Position numbers and translations under genes: made by a program. Shown here piece by piece: positions 10,324-21,296 of a DNA stretch of 64,000 nt; position 1 is the stretch's first letter; each line of letters opens with the position of its first letter. The notes below the pieces were generated by a model. It searched no databases. It was not told where the DNA came from and saw nothing but the letters and a program-made list of their open reading frames with translations. Origin of the DNA: an uncultured Spirochaetaceae bacterium (lineage in GTDB: Bacteria; Spirochaetota; Spirochaetia; SZUA-6; DRHE01); NCBI GenBank assembly GCA_964390045.1, contig CAYMGP010000008.1, positions 2,726-66,725 of the forward strand, given 5' to 3'.

Positions 10324-10390
10324 TTGAATTTCACACGGCGGTTTGGTATTTTCTGACCGTGACATCAAATATATACAGTAAGAGGATACG

Positions 10391-11008
10391 ATGGACATAC
10401 AGTTGCAGGATCTAATCGAAAAAATAAAAACTGAGGGCATCAAAACGGCCGAACAGCAGTCCAGCCACCTGTTGAAAGAGGCGGAGCACAAAGCTAACGA
10501 TATCATTGCCGCTGCTCACAAGGAAGCCTCCCAAATCATAGCAGAGGCCAAGAATGAAATGGCGCGTTTCGAGCAAACGGCAAAGCAGGCTGTAGAACAG
10601 GCCGGCAGAAACACAATCCTGAGCTTGAAAACGAACATCGTAAAAATATTTGACGAGCTCTTGGAACAGGAGACCAAGGCGGCATTTTCACAAAAGGTAC
10701 TGGAGGAGGTCGTCGTTTCACTGGTCAAGGCCTGGAACAAGCAACAGGTTTCGGATATCCAGGTGCTCCTTGCTCCCAAGGATCTGAAAAAAATAGAAAA
10801 ACAGCTCAAATCCCGGCTGGCGGCGGAGTTGAAAAAGGGGGTTGAGCTGAAACCCTTTGCCGAGCTCGGAGCGGGTTTTAGAATCGGGATGAAGGACGGG
10901 TCTGTCTACTATAATTTCACAGATCAGGGTATCGCCGAAATCCTTGCCGAATTCCTGAATCCGAAGATCTCTGAAATCATTCAAAAAGCTGTGGAAGAGG
11001 AGAGTTGA
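10391..11008 (+). CDS. atpE: V-type ATP synthase subunit E
   Basis: ~200-aa coiled-coil protein; N-terminal lysine/glutamate-rich helix typical of subunit E; first gene of the A/B/D/I/K cluster. Confidence 0.7.
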   Translation: MDIQLQDLIEKIKTEGIKTAEQQSSHLLKEAEHKANDIIAAAHKEASQIIAEAKNEMARFEQTAKQAVEQAGRNTILSLKTNIVKIFDELLEQETKAAFSQKVLEEVVVSLVKAWNKQQVSDIQVLLAPKDLKKIEKQLKSRLAAELKKGVELKPFAELGAGFRIGMKDGSVYYNFTDQGIAEILAEFLNPKISEIIQKAVEEES

Positions 11009-11550
11009 GTCGTTTGTACTACTATTTAGCTGCCTCTCTTCCTATGCTCTTATATGAAACGGAAAAAACGATGCCCGCCGATGAGTTTGTAGGCATTTGC
11101 GCGCAGCATCTCAGTGACCGGGATTACCGGCTTCTCTGCACCGCAAGTATCAGCGACTTGAAACCAAAAGTTCCGAGCAATCGTACCCTTGATCGGTGGA
11201 GAAGGTGGGAAACGAGCCTGCGCAATGAGTTGGTAACGCTGAGGGCCAAAAACAGGAAAGTCGAGGTCGACAGGTACCTCGTTGAATCACCCGTCATCTC
11301 CACGACTCAAGCAGTCGCCCGGGAGGCTTTCGACCAGGAATCGCCGCTTCAGGCCGAGGAACTGTTGAATCGTGCCCGGTGGGCTACCCTCGATGAATTG
11401 GAGGTCGGGCATTACTTCGATATTGAAAGAATTCTTGTGTACTACCTGCGTCTGCAGGTACTGCAGCGCAAGGCGATGCTGCTCGAGGAAAAAGGGCTTC
11501 AAGCATTCGAGCGGATCTACGCCGCCATGACTGAAACGATCTATGGGTAG
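11005..11550 (+). CDS. Conserved hypothetical protein embedded in the V-ATPase operon
   Basis: 4-nt overlaps on both sides (E and A). Same E-hyp-A-B-D-I-K organisation is recalled from spirochaete and chlamydial V-ATPase operons. Confidence 0.5.
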   Translation: MSRLYYYLAASLPMLLYETEKTMPADEFVGICAQHLSDRDYRLLCTASISDLKPKVPSNRTLDRWRRWETSLRNELVTLRAKNRKVEVDRYLVESPVISTTQAVAREAFDQESPLQAEELLNRARWATLDELEVGHYFDIERILVYYLRLQVLQRKAMLLEEKGLQAFERIYAAMTETIYG

Positions 11551-11573
11551 TAGCTCAAGCGGAGACTATTGAA

Positions 11574-13370
11574 ATGGCAAACAATGTTGGAAAAGTAGTG
11601 GGAGTCACGGGCAACATGATTACCGTGGATACCAAAGACGATGTGTTCATGAACGAAGTGGGTTACGTCGTCGTTGACGACAGAAGGCTGAAATCTGAAA
11701 TCATCAGGATTCGCGGCCGACGCGCGGAGCTTCAGGTATTTGAAATGACCCGCGGGATCGGCATCGGAGATGATGTCGAGTTTTCAGGCGAGCTCCTTTC
11801 GGTACAGCTCGGACCGGGGCTGCTGGGCAAGATCTACGACGGGCTTCAAAACCCACTACCGATCATCGCCGAGAAGTATGGTTTTTTCCTGCAGAGGGGG
11901 GTGTATCTCTCGCCCCTGTCTGACGAACAGAAGTGGGAGTTCACTCCTGCAGTGAAGCCGGGCGACACGGTCAGCCAAGGGCTCACACTCGGTATTGTTC
12001 CTGAAGGCATGTTCAAACATCGGATCATGGTCCCCTTCAATTTCTACGGAAGCTACACGGTGAAGTCCGTGGCTGAGGCCGGTTCCTATACGATAGCGGA
12101 CAAGATCGCGGAGCTTAAGGATTCCAAGGGGAACGTCCTTCCCGTTACGATGTCCTTCCTCTGGCCTGTGAAGCGCCCGATTCAGGCCTACGACGAAAGA
12201 CTCAAACCCGCCGAGCCGCTCATCACTAAGGTGCGCATCATCGATACCTTCTTCCCGGTAGCCCGCGGCGGCACCTACTGCATACCGGGACCGTTCGGCG
12301 CCGGAAAAACCGTGCTTCAGCAGATCACCAGCCGAAACGCCGAAGTCGATATAGTGGTCATCGCCGCCTGCGGCGAGCGGGCAGGCGAGGTAGTGGAAAC
12401 CTTGAGGGAATTTCCCGAGCTGATCGATCCCAGGACGGGAAAGTCCCTCATGGAACGGACGGTAATCATCGTGAACACCAGTTCGATGCCCGTCGCTGCC
12501 CGGGAAGCCTCGGTATATACGGCTGTAACGATCGCCGAATACTACAGGCAGATGGGACTGAACGTGCTGCTGCTGGCCGATTCCACCTCGCGCTGGGCTC
12601 AGGCGATGCGGGAGATGTCGGGCCGTCTCGAAGAAATACCCGGCGAAGAGGCCTTTCCCGCCTATCTGGAATCCGTTATCGCCAGCTTCTATGAAAGGGC
12701 GGGAATCGTACGCTTAAAGGACAAGACGCTGGGATCCGTCACCATAGGCGGTACGGTAAGCCCCGCTGGAGGCAACTTCGAAGAACCTGTCACCCAGTCC
12801 ACGTTAAAAGTAGTGGGCGCATTCCACGGCCTGTCGCGCGAGCGATCCGATGCCCGCAAGTACCCCGCTATCCATCCGCTGGATAGTTGGAGCAAGTACA
12901 GAGGTGCCGTGGACGAGCGCAAAGTCGAGTACGGGCGGCATATACTGTTTCGAGGCAATGAGATCGACCAGATGATGAAAGTCGTGGGTGAAGAGGGAAC
13001 CAGCCTGGATGATTACATCGTCTATCTTAAAAGCGATTTCCTCGACGCCGTATATCTGCAGCAAAACGCTTTCGATCCGGTGGATGCGGCCGTGAGCACG
13101 GATCGGCAGAGATACGTCTTCGACCTTATCCTGCAGATCCTGATCGCTAAGCTCGATCTGAGCGATAAGGCGGCGGCAAGGACCTTCTTTTACCAGCTGC
13201 GTCAGAGATTTCTCGATTTGAACAGCTCCCAGTGGAATACGGAATCGTTCAAAGAAATCGAGGAAGAAATAAAGAAGATGGTAGAGGAAAAGAAAACAGG
13301 TATCCGGGAGGATGGACGCAATCTCTTGGGTACATCGGCAGAAAAAGAGGAAGCAGAAATCAATGCGTAA
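11574..13370 (+). CDS. atpA: V-type ATP synthase catalytic subunit A
   Basis: Walker [13 protein letters not shown]; ~600 aa; non-homologous insert region typical of A subunits. Confidence 0.9.
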   Translation: MANNVGKVVGVTGNMITVDTKDDVFMNEVGYVVVDDRRLKSEIIRIRGRRAELQVFEMTRGIGIGDDVEFSGELLSVQLGPGLLGKIYDGLQNPLPIIAEKYGFFLQRGVYLSPLSDEQKWEFTPAVKPGDTVSQGLTLGIVPEGMFKHRIMVPFNFYGSYTVKSVAEAGSYTIADKIAELKDSKGNVLPVTMSFLWPVKRPIQAYDERLKPAEPLITKVRIIDTFFPVARGGTYCIPGPFGAGKTVLQQITSRNAEVDIVVIAACGERAGEVVETLREFPELIDPRTGKSLMERTVIIVNTSSMPVAAREASVYTAVTIAEYYRQMGLNVLLLADSTSRWAQAMREMSGRLEEIPGEEAFPAYLESVIASFYERAGIVRLKDKTLGSVTIGGTVSPAGGNFEEPVTQSTLKVVGAFHGLSRERSDARKYPAIHPLDSWSKYRGAVDERKVEYGRHILFRGNEIDQMMKVVGEEGTSLDDYIVYLKSDFLDAVYLQQNAFDPVDAAVSTDRQRYVFDLILQILIAKLDLSDKAAARTFFYQLRQRFLDLNSSQWNTESFKEIEEEIKKMVEEKKTGIREDGRNLLGTSAEKEEAEINA

Positions 13371-14685
13371 GGTCTATAGTAAAATCAACGAGATAGCGGG
13401 AAATGTGATTACGGTCACCGCCACCGGGATTCGCTACGGAGAGCTGGCTGTGGTCAGCTCCAGCCACGGGCAGTCCCTCGCCGAAGTAATCCGACTGGCC
13501 GAGGACAAAGTAGTGCTCCAAGTGTACTCAGGGTCGCGGGGCATCTCTACGGGCGACGAAGTGCGCTTTCTCGGGCATCCCATGCGGGTTTCCTTTTCCG
13601 ACGATCTGCTGGGGAGGGTATTCGACGGCGGCGGCAAACCGCGGGACAAAGGACCGGAGCTTTCAGAAAACCTGATCGAGATCGGCGGCCCTTCCGTTAA
13701 CCCGGCCAAGCGGATCATTCCCCGCAATATGATCCGCACAGGCATACCAATGATCGATTTGTTCAACACCCTGGTCGAATCGCAGAAGCTTCCCGTTTTT
13801 TCGGTTTCAGGGGAACCTTATAATCCCCTCCTGGCTAGAATCGCCATGCAGGCCGAAGTGGACATGATTATTCTCGGGGGCTGCGGCTTGAAATTCGACG
13901 ACTACCTGTACTTCCGGGACACGCTCGAGCAAGGCGGGGCGATGAGCCGGGCTATCTTCTTCGTCCATACAGCGGCGGATCCGGTTGTCGAGGCGCTGCT
14001 CGTTCCCGACATTTCCCTGGCTGTAGCGGAGCGTTTCGCTCTGAAGGGCCGCCGGGTTCTGGTACTGCTTACAGATATGACAAATTTTGCAGATTCTTTG
14101 AAAGAAATAGCCATCACGATGGAGCAGGTACCCTCCAATCGCGGCTATCCAGGCGACCTGTACAGCCAGCTCGCTTCCCGCTATGAGAAAGCTGTAGACT
14201 TCGAAGGAGCCGGTTCCATCACGGTGCTGGCCGTTACAACCATGCCGGGCGACGATGTGACCCATCCTGTCCCTGACAATACGGGCTATATAACGGAGGG
14301 TCAGTTCTATCTCCGCAACGGAAGAATCGAACCCTTCGGCTCTCTCTCCCGTCTCAAACAGCTCGTGAACAAAGATACCAGAGACGACCATCGTTCTCTC
14401 ATGGATGGCATGATCAAGCTGTACGCCGCCTATCTCGAGTCCGTGGAGAAGAAGGCCATGGGCTTCCGGATGTCGGAGTGGGATGAAAAATTACTCAAAT
14501 ACGGAACGACCTTTGAGCACGAGATGATGGACCTCTCGGTCAACATCCCTCTCGAAGGAGCTTTGGACAAGGGGTGGCAGATTCTATCCGATTGTTTTAC
14601 TCCGGAAGAGACGGGCCTGCGCACCGAGCTTATCAAGACGTTCTGGCCGGGAAACGGACAGAACAAGGCCGAATCGCAAGAGTAG
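13363..14685 (+). CDS. atpB: V-type ATP synthase subunit B
   Basis: [18 protein letters not shown]... B-subunit fold without a canonical P-loop; internal ATG at 13363 preferred over the track start at 13312. Confidence 0.9.
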   Translation: MRKVYSKINEIAGNVITVTATGIRYGELAVVSSSHGQSLAEVIRLAEDKVVLQVYSGSRGISTGDEVRFLGHPMRVSFSDDLLGRVFDGGGKPRDKGPELSENLIEIGGPSVNPAKRIIPRNMIRTGIPMIDLFNTLVESQKLPVFSVSGEPYNPLLARIAMQAEVDMIILGGCGLKFDDYLYFRDTLEQGGAMSRAIFFVHTAADPVVEALLVPDISLAVAERFALKGRRVLVLLTDMTNFADSLKEIAITMEQVPSNRGYPGDLYSQLASRYEKAVDFEGAGSITVLAVTTMPGDDVTHPVPDNTGYITEGQFYLRNGRIEPFGSLSRLKQLVNKDTRDDHRSLMDGMIKLYAAYLESVEKKAMGFRMSEWDEKLLKYGTTFEHEMMDLSVNIPLEGALDKGWQILSDCFTPEETGLRTELIKTFWPGNGQNKAESQE

Positions 14686-14688
14686 CTC

Positions 14689-15288
14689 GTGGCCAAGATC
14701 AAATACACGAAAAACGAGCTCAAGAGACAGAAAGACGCCCTCAAGCGTTTCTTACGTTACCTGCCCACACTCGTACTGAAAAAACAGCAGCTGCAGATGG
14801 AAATTCGCAAAGTGGAGGCCCAGCAGGCGCGGCTCGCCAAACAGAGAAAGGCGTTGTTTTCAGAAATGCAGCGCTGGATCGCGGTATTCGCCGAGGATGT
14901 CGGTTTCAACGAAATTCTATCCGTCAAAGAGATCGAGACGGAGGCCGGCAATATCGCAGGTGTGGATATTCCCGTGTTCGTTGGCATCGAATACCTCGAG
15001 CAGCCCTACGATCTGTTTGTCCTACCGCTCTGGGTCGATACTGCGATCGATAAAGTAAAAGATCTCTGTACCCTGGATGTGCAGATCCATATCAGCGAGC
15101 AGCAGGCCGAGCTGCTCGGCGAGGAGCTGCGTATCACCAGTCAACGAGTCAATCTCTTCGAAAAAGTAAAGATTCCCGAAACCCGGGAGAATATAAGAAT
15201 CATCCATATCTATCTCGGGGACGAGCAAACCGCCGCCGTGGTGCGTGGGAAAATTGCTAAGAACAAACTGGTAAGGGAAAGCGCATGA
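14689..15288 (+). CDS. atpD: V-type ATP synthase subunit D
   Basis: (M)AKIKYTKNELKRQKDALKRFLRYLPTL is the classic subunit D N-terminus; GTG start. Confidence 0.8.
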   Translation: MAKIKYTKNELKRQKDALKRFLRYLPTLVLKKQQLQMEIRKVEAQQARLAKQRKALFSEMQRWIAVFAEDVGFNEILSVKEIETEAGNIAGVDIPVFVGIEYLEQPYDLFVLPLWVDTAIDKVKDLCTLDVQIHISEQQAELLGEELRITSQRVNLFEKVKIPETRENIRIIHIYLGDEQTAAVVRGKIAKNKLVRESA

Positions 15289-17135
15289 TCGTCAAGATGA
15301 AGAAGGTTTCGATTGTCATCTTCGATCGCTTCCGCGACAGTGCGCTGAAGGACCTGCGCAAAGTGGGGCTGGTTCATATTGAACAACGACCCGCGACCAG
15401 CGAGGAGCTGGGTCGCTTCGGCGAGGAAAAAGTGCTGTTGGAGCGTGCCTCTTTTCTCTTGCCTGAAGAGGAGAAGAAAGAGGGCAAAGGCAGGCGAAAG
15501 CGCATCGTGCGGTCTGCAACGGAAGCTGATTTGGAGCGCTGCCTGGAGATCGCCGAGGAAGTAGCCGCGCTCAGCGAAAAAACCCGGTCTGCAAAGGAAA
15601 ATATAGATCACCTGATCAAAGAAAGGCAGCGTTTCTCGGCTTGGGGGGAATACGACCCGGAGGAAATTCGCGAGCTTGCCGATAAGGGTGTTTTTATCGC
15701 CCTCTATGAGCTCGGCAGCAGTCAGTTCAAGCAGCTGCCCGAAGATGTCGAACCCTTCGTATTATCCAAGACGAAAACCTCGGTTCGCTTCTCTGTGGTA
15801 GGCGTGGGCAAACCCGTGGAACTTGAATACGAGACGCTGCCGCTGCCCGAACGGGGCCCTAAAAAGATAGACAGGCTCATCGCTGAGGCGGAGAAGGAAC
15901 TGCAGGGCCTGGAAAGCCGTTTGCTTCACCTGGCGGGCGAACGCGCTCGGATTCAGGCTTCCCTGAAACGGCTTGGTCAGAAGATCGACTTTGAGCAGGT
16001 TCGTGCCGGCATGATCGGAGCTGATGAGTTGAGCTATCTCACAGGCTACATTCCAGCAAAACGAACGGATGCTCTCAAGCTGGCGGCAGCAAAAAGCGGT
16101 TGGGCACTGCTGATAGAAGATCCTGCAGAGGAGGATCCGGTACCGACGCTGGTGGAGAATCCGAGATGGATCCGGATCATTCGCCCGATTTTCTCCCTGA
16201 TGGAAACAACTCCGGGATACAGGGAGTTTGACATCAGTTTCTTGTTCCTGCTTTTTTTCAGCTTGTTTTTCGCCATGTTGATCGGGGACGCGGGCTACGG
16301 CATCGTTCTGTTCCTGCTCACCGTGCTGGGACGAATCAAGATGCGCAAGAGCCCTGCCGGACCGTTTTTCCTCCTGTTCGTACTCAGCGGCGCCACCATC
16401 GTTTGGGGAGCGCTGTCGGGAACCTGGTTCGGGGTCGAGGCCCTGGCCAGCCATCCCCTGCTGTCCAGGATCGTCATTCCCGAGATCGCCAGTTTCGGAG
16501 TCGAGAATACAAAAGCGGTGATGCTGATCTGCTTCTTGATCGGGGCGGTGCACCTCAGCATCGCCCGCGCCTTGAGCTTTATCAGGAAGCTTCCCCGACT
16601 GGCCGCCTTCAGCGAGCTCGGCTGGCTGACGATTCTTTGGGGCATGTTCTTCGTGGTACGCTATATCGTGCTGCAGGAAGCCCTCAATCCGGTCGGGATT
16701 TGGCTTGTAGCAGCCGGTCTGCTTCTCGTCGTGCTGTTCGGCTCGCAGAAAGGCAAATTTTTAAAGGGATTTCTCTTCGGATTAGTGAGTCTACCCCTCA
16801 GCCTGCTCGATGCCATCAGCGCGTTTTCTGATATTGTATCCTACGTGCGCCTGTTCGCAGTAGGACTGGCTACCGTGGCTGTGGCAGCCAACTTCAACGC
16901 CATGGCCGCTGAGGTCGGATTCGGAATCCCGTCGGGTCTGATTTCAGCCTTCATTCTGTTTTTCGGCCACACGCTGAATATAGTGATGGGGGCCATGTCG
17001 GTAATCGTTCATGGAGTGCGCCTGAATATGCTCGAGTTTTCAGGGCAGCTCGGGATGGAATGGTCGGGCATTCCCTACAAACCATTTAAAGAAATTCATG
17101 CAGAAACCCCGGACGGGGAAAGGAGAAAAGAGTAG
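15285..17135 (+). CDS. atpI: V-type ATP synthase subunit I (a-subunit)
   Basis: 616 aa; hydrophilic N-terminal half then a multi-TM C-terminal half; operon position. Confidence 0.8.
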   Translation: MIVKMKKVSIVIFDRFRDSALKDLRKVGLVHIEQRPATSEELGRFGEEKVLLERASFLLPEEEKKEGKGRRKRIVRSATEADLERCLEIAEEVAALSEKTRSAKENIDHLIKERQRFSAWGEYDPEEIRELADKGVFIALYELGSSQFKQLPEDVEPFVLSKTKTSVRFSVVGVGKPVELEYETLPLPERGPKKIDRLIAEAEKELQGLESRLLHLAGERARIQASLKRLGQKIDFEQVRAGMIGADELSYLTGYIPAKRTDALKLAAAKSGWALLIEDPAEEDPVPTLVENPRWIRIIRPIFSLMETTPGYREFDISFLFLLFFSLFFAMLIGDAGYGIVLFLLTVLGRIKMRKSPAGPFFLLFVLSGATIVWGALSGTWFGVEALASHPLLSRIVIPEIASFGVENTKAVMLICFLIGAVHLSIARALSFIRKLPRLAAFSELGWLTILWGMFFVVRYIVLQEALNPVGIWLVAAGLLLVVLFGSQKGKFLKGFLFGLVSLPLSLLDAISAFSDIVSYVRLFAVGLATVAVAANFNAMAAEVGFGIPSGLISAFILFFGHTLNIVMGAMSVIVHGVRLNMLEFSGQLGMEWSGIPYKPFKEIHAETPDGERRKE

Positions 17136-17561
17136 ATGGATATAGGTCAAATAGGATTCGCAGCGGCCATTTCACTGGCAGCCATAGGTTCAGCCCTGGG
17201 TACAGGTATCGCCGGTATGGCGGCGATCGGTGCCTGGAAAAAGTGTTTCGCCCAGAACAAGCCGGCCCCTTTCCTGGCTGTTGCCTTTGCCGGAGCACCG
17301 TTGACCCAGACGATCTACGGATTGATTCTGATGAACGCCCTGATCGCCTCGACGGCGGGCTCCATGACCAAGCTCGGGGTCGGTGTTTTCGGAGGCGCCG
17401 CCATCGGCTTCTCCGCCCTGCTTCAGGGCAAGGCCGGTGCGGCGGCCTCGGATGCGCTGGGTGAAACAGGCAAGGGATTCGTCAACTATCTTATGGTCAT
17501 CGGTATCGTAGAAACGGTGGCGCTGTTCGTCATGGTCTTCTTGATGGGCGCGGTCGGATGA
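17136..17561 (+). CDS. atpK: V-type ATP synthase proteolipid subunit K
   Basis: 141-aa G/A-rich double hairpin with a conserved carboxylate in IGIVETVALF. Confidence 0.8.
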   Translation: MDIGQIGFAAAISLAAIGSALGTGIAGMAAIGAWKKCFAQNKPAPFLAVAFAGAPLTQTIYGLILMNALIASTAGSMTKLGVGVFGGAAIGFSALLQGKAGAAASDALGETGKGFVNYLMVIGIVETVALFVMVFLMGAVG

Positions 17562-17562
17562 G

Positions 17563-18639
17563 GTGAGCCTGTCTGTCGGAAGGCGAAAGACACGTCCCGT
17601 TCCAGTAGGCCGAGTGCTCGTCGGCGGAGGGGCACCCATATCCGTTCAGACGATGTGGAAGCAGCCCCTCAGCCAGCACTCGCCCGCCGAAACAATCGCC
17701 GCAACGATCGAGGGAATCCACAAACTGGAAAATATCGGCTGCGAGATACTGCGTTTTTCCGTTCCCGACATGCAATCTGCAGAAATCCTGGGAAAGGTAG
17801 CCGGCAACGTCGAGCTTCCCTTGGTGGCGGACATTCATTTCGATCACCGTTTAGCCTTACGCTGCCTGGATTTTCCCATTGCCAAGATCCGTATTAATCC
17901 GGGAAACATAGGAAATCGAGCGAAAGTCGAAGAGGTCGTTCGCAAAGCCGTTGACAACGGTGTATCGATGAGGATCGGTGTGAATGCCGGCTCCCTGCCG
18001 GCGCGTCTGCGCGGGGAGAAAAACCTGGCCGCGGCCATGGTCAAGGCTGCAGAGCAGGAACTCGAGATCGTCGAAAAACTCAACTACAGGGCCGTTATCG
18101 TCTCTCTAAAATCTTCAGATGTGGCGGCCACTATCGAGGCGAATTCCATTTTTTCCAGCCGGTTCGACAATCCTCTGCATCTCGGCGTGACCGAAGCAGG
18201 CCCATTGGTGCAGGGAATCGTGAAAAACACCCTCGCCCTCTGCAAGCTACTCGAGAGTGGGGTAGGGGACACGATTCGAGTATCCCTCTCCGACAGCCCG
18301 GAGAATGAGATCGTTGCCGGTAGAGCCATACTGCAGAGTACGGGAGTCCGCAACATAGGGGTGGAGTTGATATCCTGTCCCACCTGCGGCCGGACCGAGT
18401 TCGACGTAACGGGTTTCCTGCAGCGTATACAGGGAATCTTACGGAAGCCCTATAGAAAGAAAATTACGATTGCGATCATGGGTTGCCCTGTCAATGGACC
18501 GGGAGAGGCAAGACGCGCAGATCTCGGTGTGACCGGAACAGGCAACCAGGTTCTCTTTTTCAAAAAGGGGCGAATCATTCGTCGTGAGAACGCCGATGAT
18601 GCTATTGAAGCCTTTGAAGAGGAGTTGGAAAAGTTTTGA
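17563..18639 (+). CDS. ispG: 4-hydroxy-3-methylbut-2-en-1-yl diphosphate synthase (IspG/GcpE)
   Basis: GGGAPISVQTM N-terminal motif; Fe-S cysteines ISCPTCGRTEFDV and MGCPVNGPGE. Confidence 0.85.
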   Translation: MSLSVGRRKTRPVPVGRVLVGGGAPISVQTMWKQPLSQHSPAETIAATIEGIHKLENIGCEILRFSVPDMQSAEILGKVAGNVELPLVADIHFDHRLALRCLDFPIAKIRINPGNIGNRAKVEEVVRKAVDNGVSMRIGVNAGSLPARLRGEKNLAAAMVKAAEQELEIVEKLNYRAVIVSLKSSDVAATIEANSIFSSRFDNPLHLGVTEAGPLVQGIVKNTLALCKLLESGVGDTIRVSLSDSPENEIVAGRAILQSTGVRNIGVELISCPTCGRTEFDVTGFLQRIQGILRKPYRKKITIAIMGCPVNGPGEARRADLGVTGTGNQVLFFKKGRIIRRENADDAIEAFEEELEKF

Positions 18640-19613
18640 GATTTCGTATAGTAACAATCGTTTCACTGGTTTTCTTTGCCGTCTGTGTCCTCATGGTCCC
18701 GGCCCAGGACAATAACTTTGTGGAAGCCTGGTTTTTATACGAGAAAGGAAAGGCGAAAATCGAAGACCCTGACGGCCCGGAGCTTGGCGAGGCCCTGCTG
18801 CTCTTTCAGGAAGCCATCGAAAAACGAGGGGGCACCTTTCCGGAAGCGGAGATGGCGATCGGAGATATTTATGCAGGTGAGGGCGCCTATGCTCTTGCCA
18901 AGAGACAGTATGAGAAAGCCTACGAGCTCAGAACAGGCATGGAAGTCGCTGAAGAAAAATATGTAGTGCTGTATCGTCTGGCCGAGCTCCAGGAAAACCG
19001 GGAGCTTTTCCGGGATATGCAGGATTATCTGCACGAAGTACTGAAAGATCAACCGTATTTCAACGGGGAACAGTTCAGTAAGTTTCAGAATGCCTTTTTG
19101 TCAACGTACTTCGAAAAAGGACTGGACCATCTGTTCAAGCTGTACCGAATGGAGGAAGTCGCCTTTGCAGCCTCGGCCCACAGTCGTCTGGGTTGGTTCT
19201 ACTACCGGACAGGCTTGTATACCCCTACGGCGATCATGCACAACTTGTTTGCCCTGGACATTATCGTAACCGAGGCCATGCAGGAAATACGCACAATCGC
19301 TCCGGACTACGAGTTTTCCACCGTTGTCGATTTCCTCGATGCCTCTTTTAAAAGGGAAAACCTGAGCGCCTATCTTGTTGAAAGCGAGTTCGTGAAAATC
19401 ATGTACTATCTTGCCACCTCTACGTACGCCGCCTCCTACCCATCCCTGGCGAACTCGACCTGGAGAATCCTGGCTTCGTATCCCTTTGCATCCGAAGTAT
19501 TGGCAAACGGCGCCGGTGTGTACGTGGATCTCTCTCGACGCCAGCTCGAATCCCCGTGGGTCGATCCTTATATCAACACCTCGTCGCGTAGCATCGAATT
19601 TCCCCAACAGTAG
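18636..19613 (+). CDS. Secreted hypothetical protein (TPR-like helical)
   Basis: Signal peptide MRFRIVTIVSLVFFAVCVLMVPAQ; no catalytic motif. Confidence 0.45.
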   Translation: MRFRIVTIVSLVFFAVCVLMVPAQDNNFVEAWFLYEKGKAKIEDPDGPELGEALLLFQEAIEKRGGTFPEAEMAIGDIYAGEGAYALAKRQYEKAYELRTGMEVAEEKYVVLYRLAELQENRELFRDMQDYLHEVLKDQPYFNGEQFSKFQNAFLSTYFEKGLDHLFKLYRMEEVAFAASAHSRLGWFYYRTGLYTPTAIMHNLFALDIIVTEAMQEIRTIAPDYEFSTVVDFLDASFKRENLSAYLVESEFVKIMYYLATSTYAASYPSLANSTWRILASYPFASEVLANGAGVYVDLSRRQLESPWVDPYINTSSRSIEFPQQ

Positions 19614-19614
19614 C

Positions 19615-20070
19615 GTGAAGTTCGAAATCCGAACCGTAAGAAAAAATGATTTCAACGACCTCGTCCGTCTCTCCGCTCAACTCGGTTATCCTGAGTCTCC
19701 TCGGGCCATCCTGAGGCGCTTTCGACGCATCTGCAGGGACCGACGCTATCACCAGCTCTTTGTCGCTTCCGAGCCCTCTAGTGGTAAGGCGAAGATCAGC
19801 GTGATCGGCTGGATTCATGCCTACATAGATAAAATTCTTGTTACCGGCCCCCGCGTTGAGATAGGAGGTTTGGTCGTGGATGACGTTTATCGTGGCAGGG
19901 GAGTAGGCCGTGCTCTTCTACTGCGTGCTGAGCAGTGGGCTGCAGACAAGGGGTGCTCTCCCGTCATTGCCCATACGAACGTGGTGAGAATAAAAGCCCA
20001 TGCTTTCTACGAAAAATGTGGCTACGATCTGCTCAAGCAGCAGAAGGTTTACAAGAAAAACATTCCCTAG
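19615..20070 (+). CDS. GNAT-family N-acetyltransferase
   Basis: Acetyl-CoA-binding motif RGRGVGRALL. Likely GTG start at 19615; the longer track ORF (19411) overlaps the upstream gene. Confidence 0.65.
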   Translation: MKFEIRTVRKNDFNDLVRLSAQLGYPESPRAILRRFRRICRDRRYHQLFVASEPSSGKAKISVIGWIHAYIDKILVTGPRVEIGGLVVDDVYRGRGVGRALLLRAEQWAADKGCSPVIAHTNVVRIKAHAFYEKCGYDLLKQQKVYKKNIP

Positions 20071-20315
20071 CTCATATCGACAAGTGTGTATAGATAGATG
20101 CACATACTAAAGTAAAAAAGGAAAGAAAGACGGCAGGAATGGCTTAAAAGAAGAATCTTTTACCTCCAAAAGTAGACAGAATATTTATTATACGAAGTAA
20201 TGAATGTTAGAAATCCAGCCGGCGCCTAAACATTTACAAGGGCTACTGTGTTTCACTACAACAGGCTAAGGAGATTACGGCCCCTACTCTTACTTACTCT
20301 GCCTGCGGCCGGCTC

Positions 20316-21296
20316 CTAGGTCGCCCGACGCTCCTGGATATGCATACTGAGATAATTTACCACCATGACCACGATGATGATGATTCCCCAGATCGCAATC
20401 GTCATAAAGGAGCTTATCCGCAGTAGATTGAAGCCGCTGGACACGATCTGAAGAATGATCAGGGCCATCACGATGCCAGATACCCTGCCAAAACCACCGG
20501 AGGCGCTCGTTCCTCCCAGGACAGAGGCCAACACGGTAACGAGCAGATACGATTCGCCGTATCCGGCCTTGGCCGAATTGAAACGGGAGATCATGACCAG
20601 CGCCGCGATGCCGGCATAGAGACTGGAGAGCAGGTACGTTTTATACAAAACCAGGCGGTTGCTCACTCCGGCGAAAAAACTGGCCGTGGGATTCGATCCC
20701 ATCATGTAGATGTTGAATCCGAGAGGAGTGCGGTTCAGAACAACGGCCAACAGCAGGGCGCTGAGCACAAAGAGTATCGTTCCGAAGGGAATCCCGACGA
20801 TCGTGCCATTGCCGATGAAACGCACCGCGTTGGGAAGACCCGAGATCACGTAGCCCTTGGTCACCACGATGGTCAGACCGTTGACTAAGGTCATCATTCC
20901 GAGGGTGGCGAGAATCGGCGACACGTTCAGTCCGGCGATCAGAAATCCATTGAACAACCCGATGACCAGAGCTGTGGCCAAACCGGCACAGATGGCCAGC
21001 ACGATGATCCAACCGGCTCCCGGAGGTGGAGCCGCCGGGTCGATGGTGCTGGTCAGGATCATGGCTGTGACGATGCCTGTCATATTTGCCGTGGCGATAA
21101 TCGAGAGGTTGATGCCTCCGGTAAGCATGGTGACCATCATGGCCATGCTGAGCAGGCCGAGCTCCGGAAGCTGAAAGGCCATGGATTGGAAATTGCCCAG
21201 CGCAAAAAACTGTCTCGGATTCAGCACCCACATGAGAACGAATACGGCCACCATGATGAGACCCAGGATATACACTTGAGAGAGTTTGAACTTCAA
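20316..21296 (-). CDS. ABC transporter permease (ribose/monosaccharide type, RbsC/LsrD-like)
   Basis: ~10 TM helices; branched-chain/sugar permease family composition; 4-nt overlap with the upstream permease. Confidence 0.8.
   Translation of the reverse strand: MKFKLSQVYILGLIMVAVFVLMWVLNPRQFFALGNFQSMAFQLPELGLLSMAMMVTMLTGGINLSIIATANMTGIVTAMILTSTIDPAAPPPGAGWIIVLAICAGLATALVIGLFNGFLIAGLNVSPILATLGMMTLVNGLTIVVTKGYVISGLPNAVRFIGNGTIVGIPFGTILFVLSALLLAVVLNRTPLGFNIYMMGSNPTASFFAGVSNRLVLYKTYLLSSLYAGIAALVMISRFNSAKAGYGESYLLVTVLASVLGGTSASGGFGRVSGIVMALIILQIVSSGFNLLRISSFMTIAIWGIIIIVVMVVNYLSMHIQERRAT

Noticed and set aside
19411-19614. Upstream extension of the GNAT ORF
   Set aside because: It overlaps the preceding secreted-protein gene in another frame. 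The GNAT fold begins near the start at 19615.
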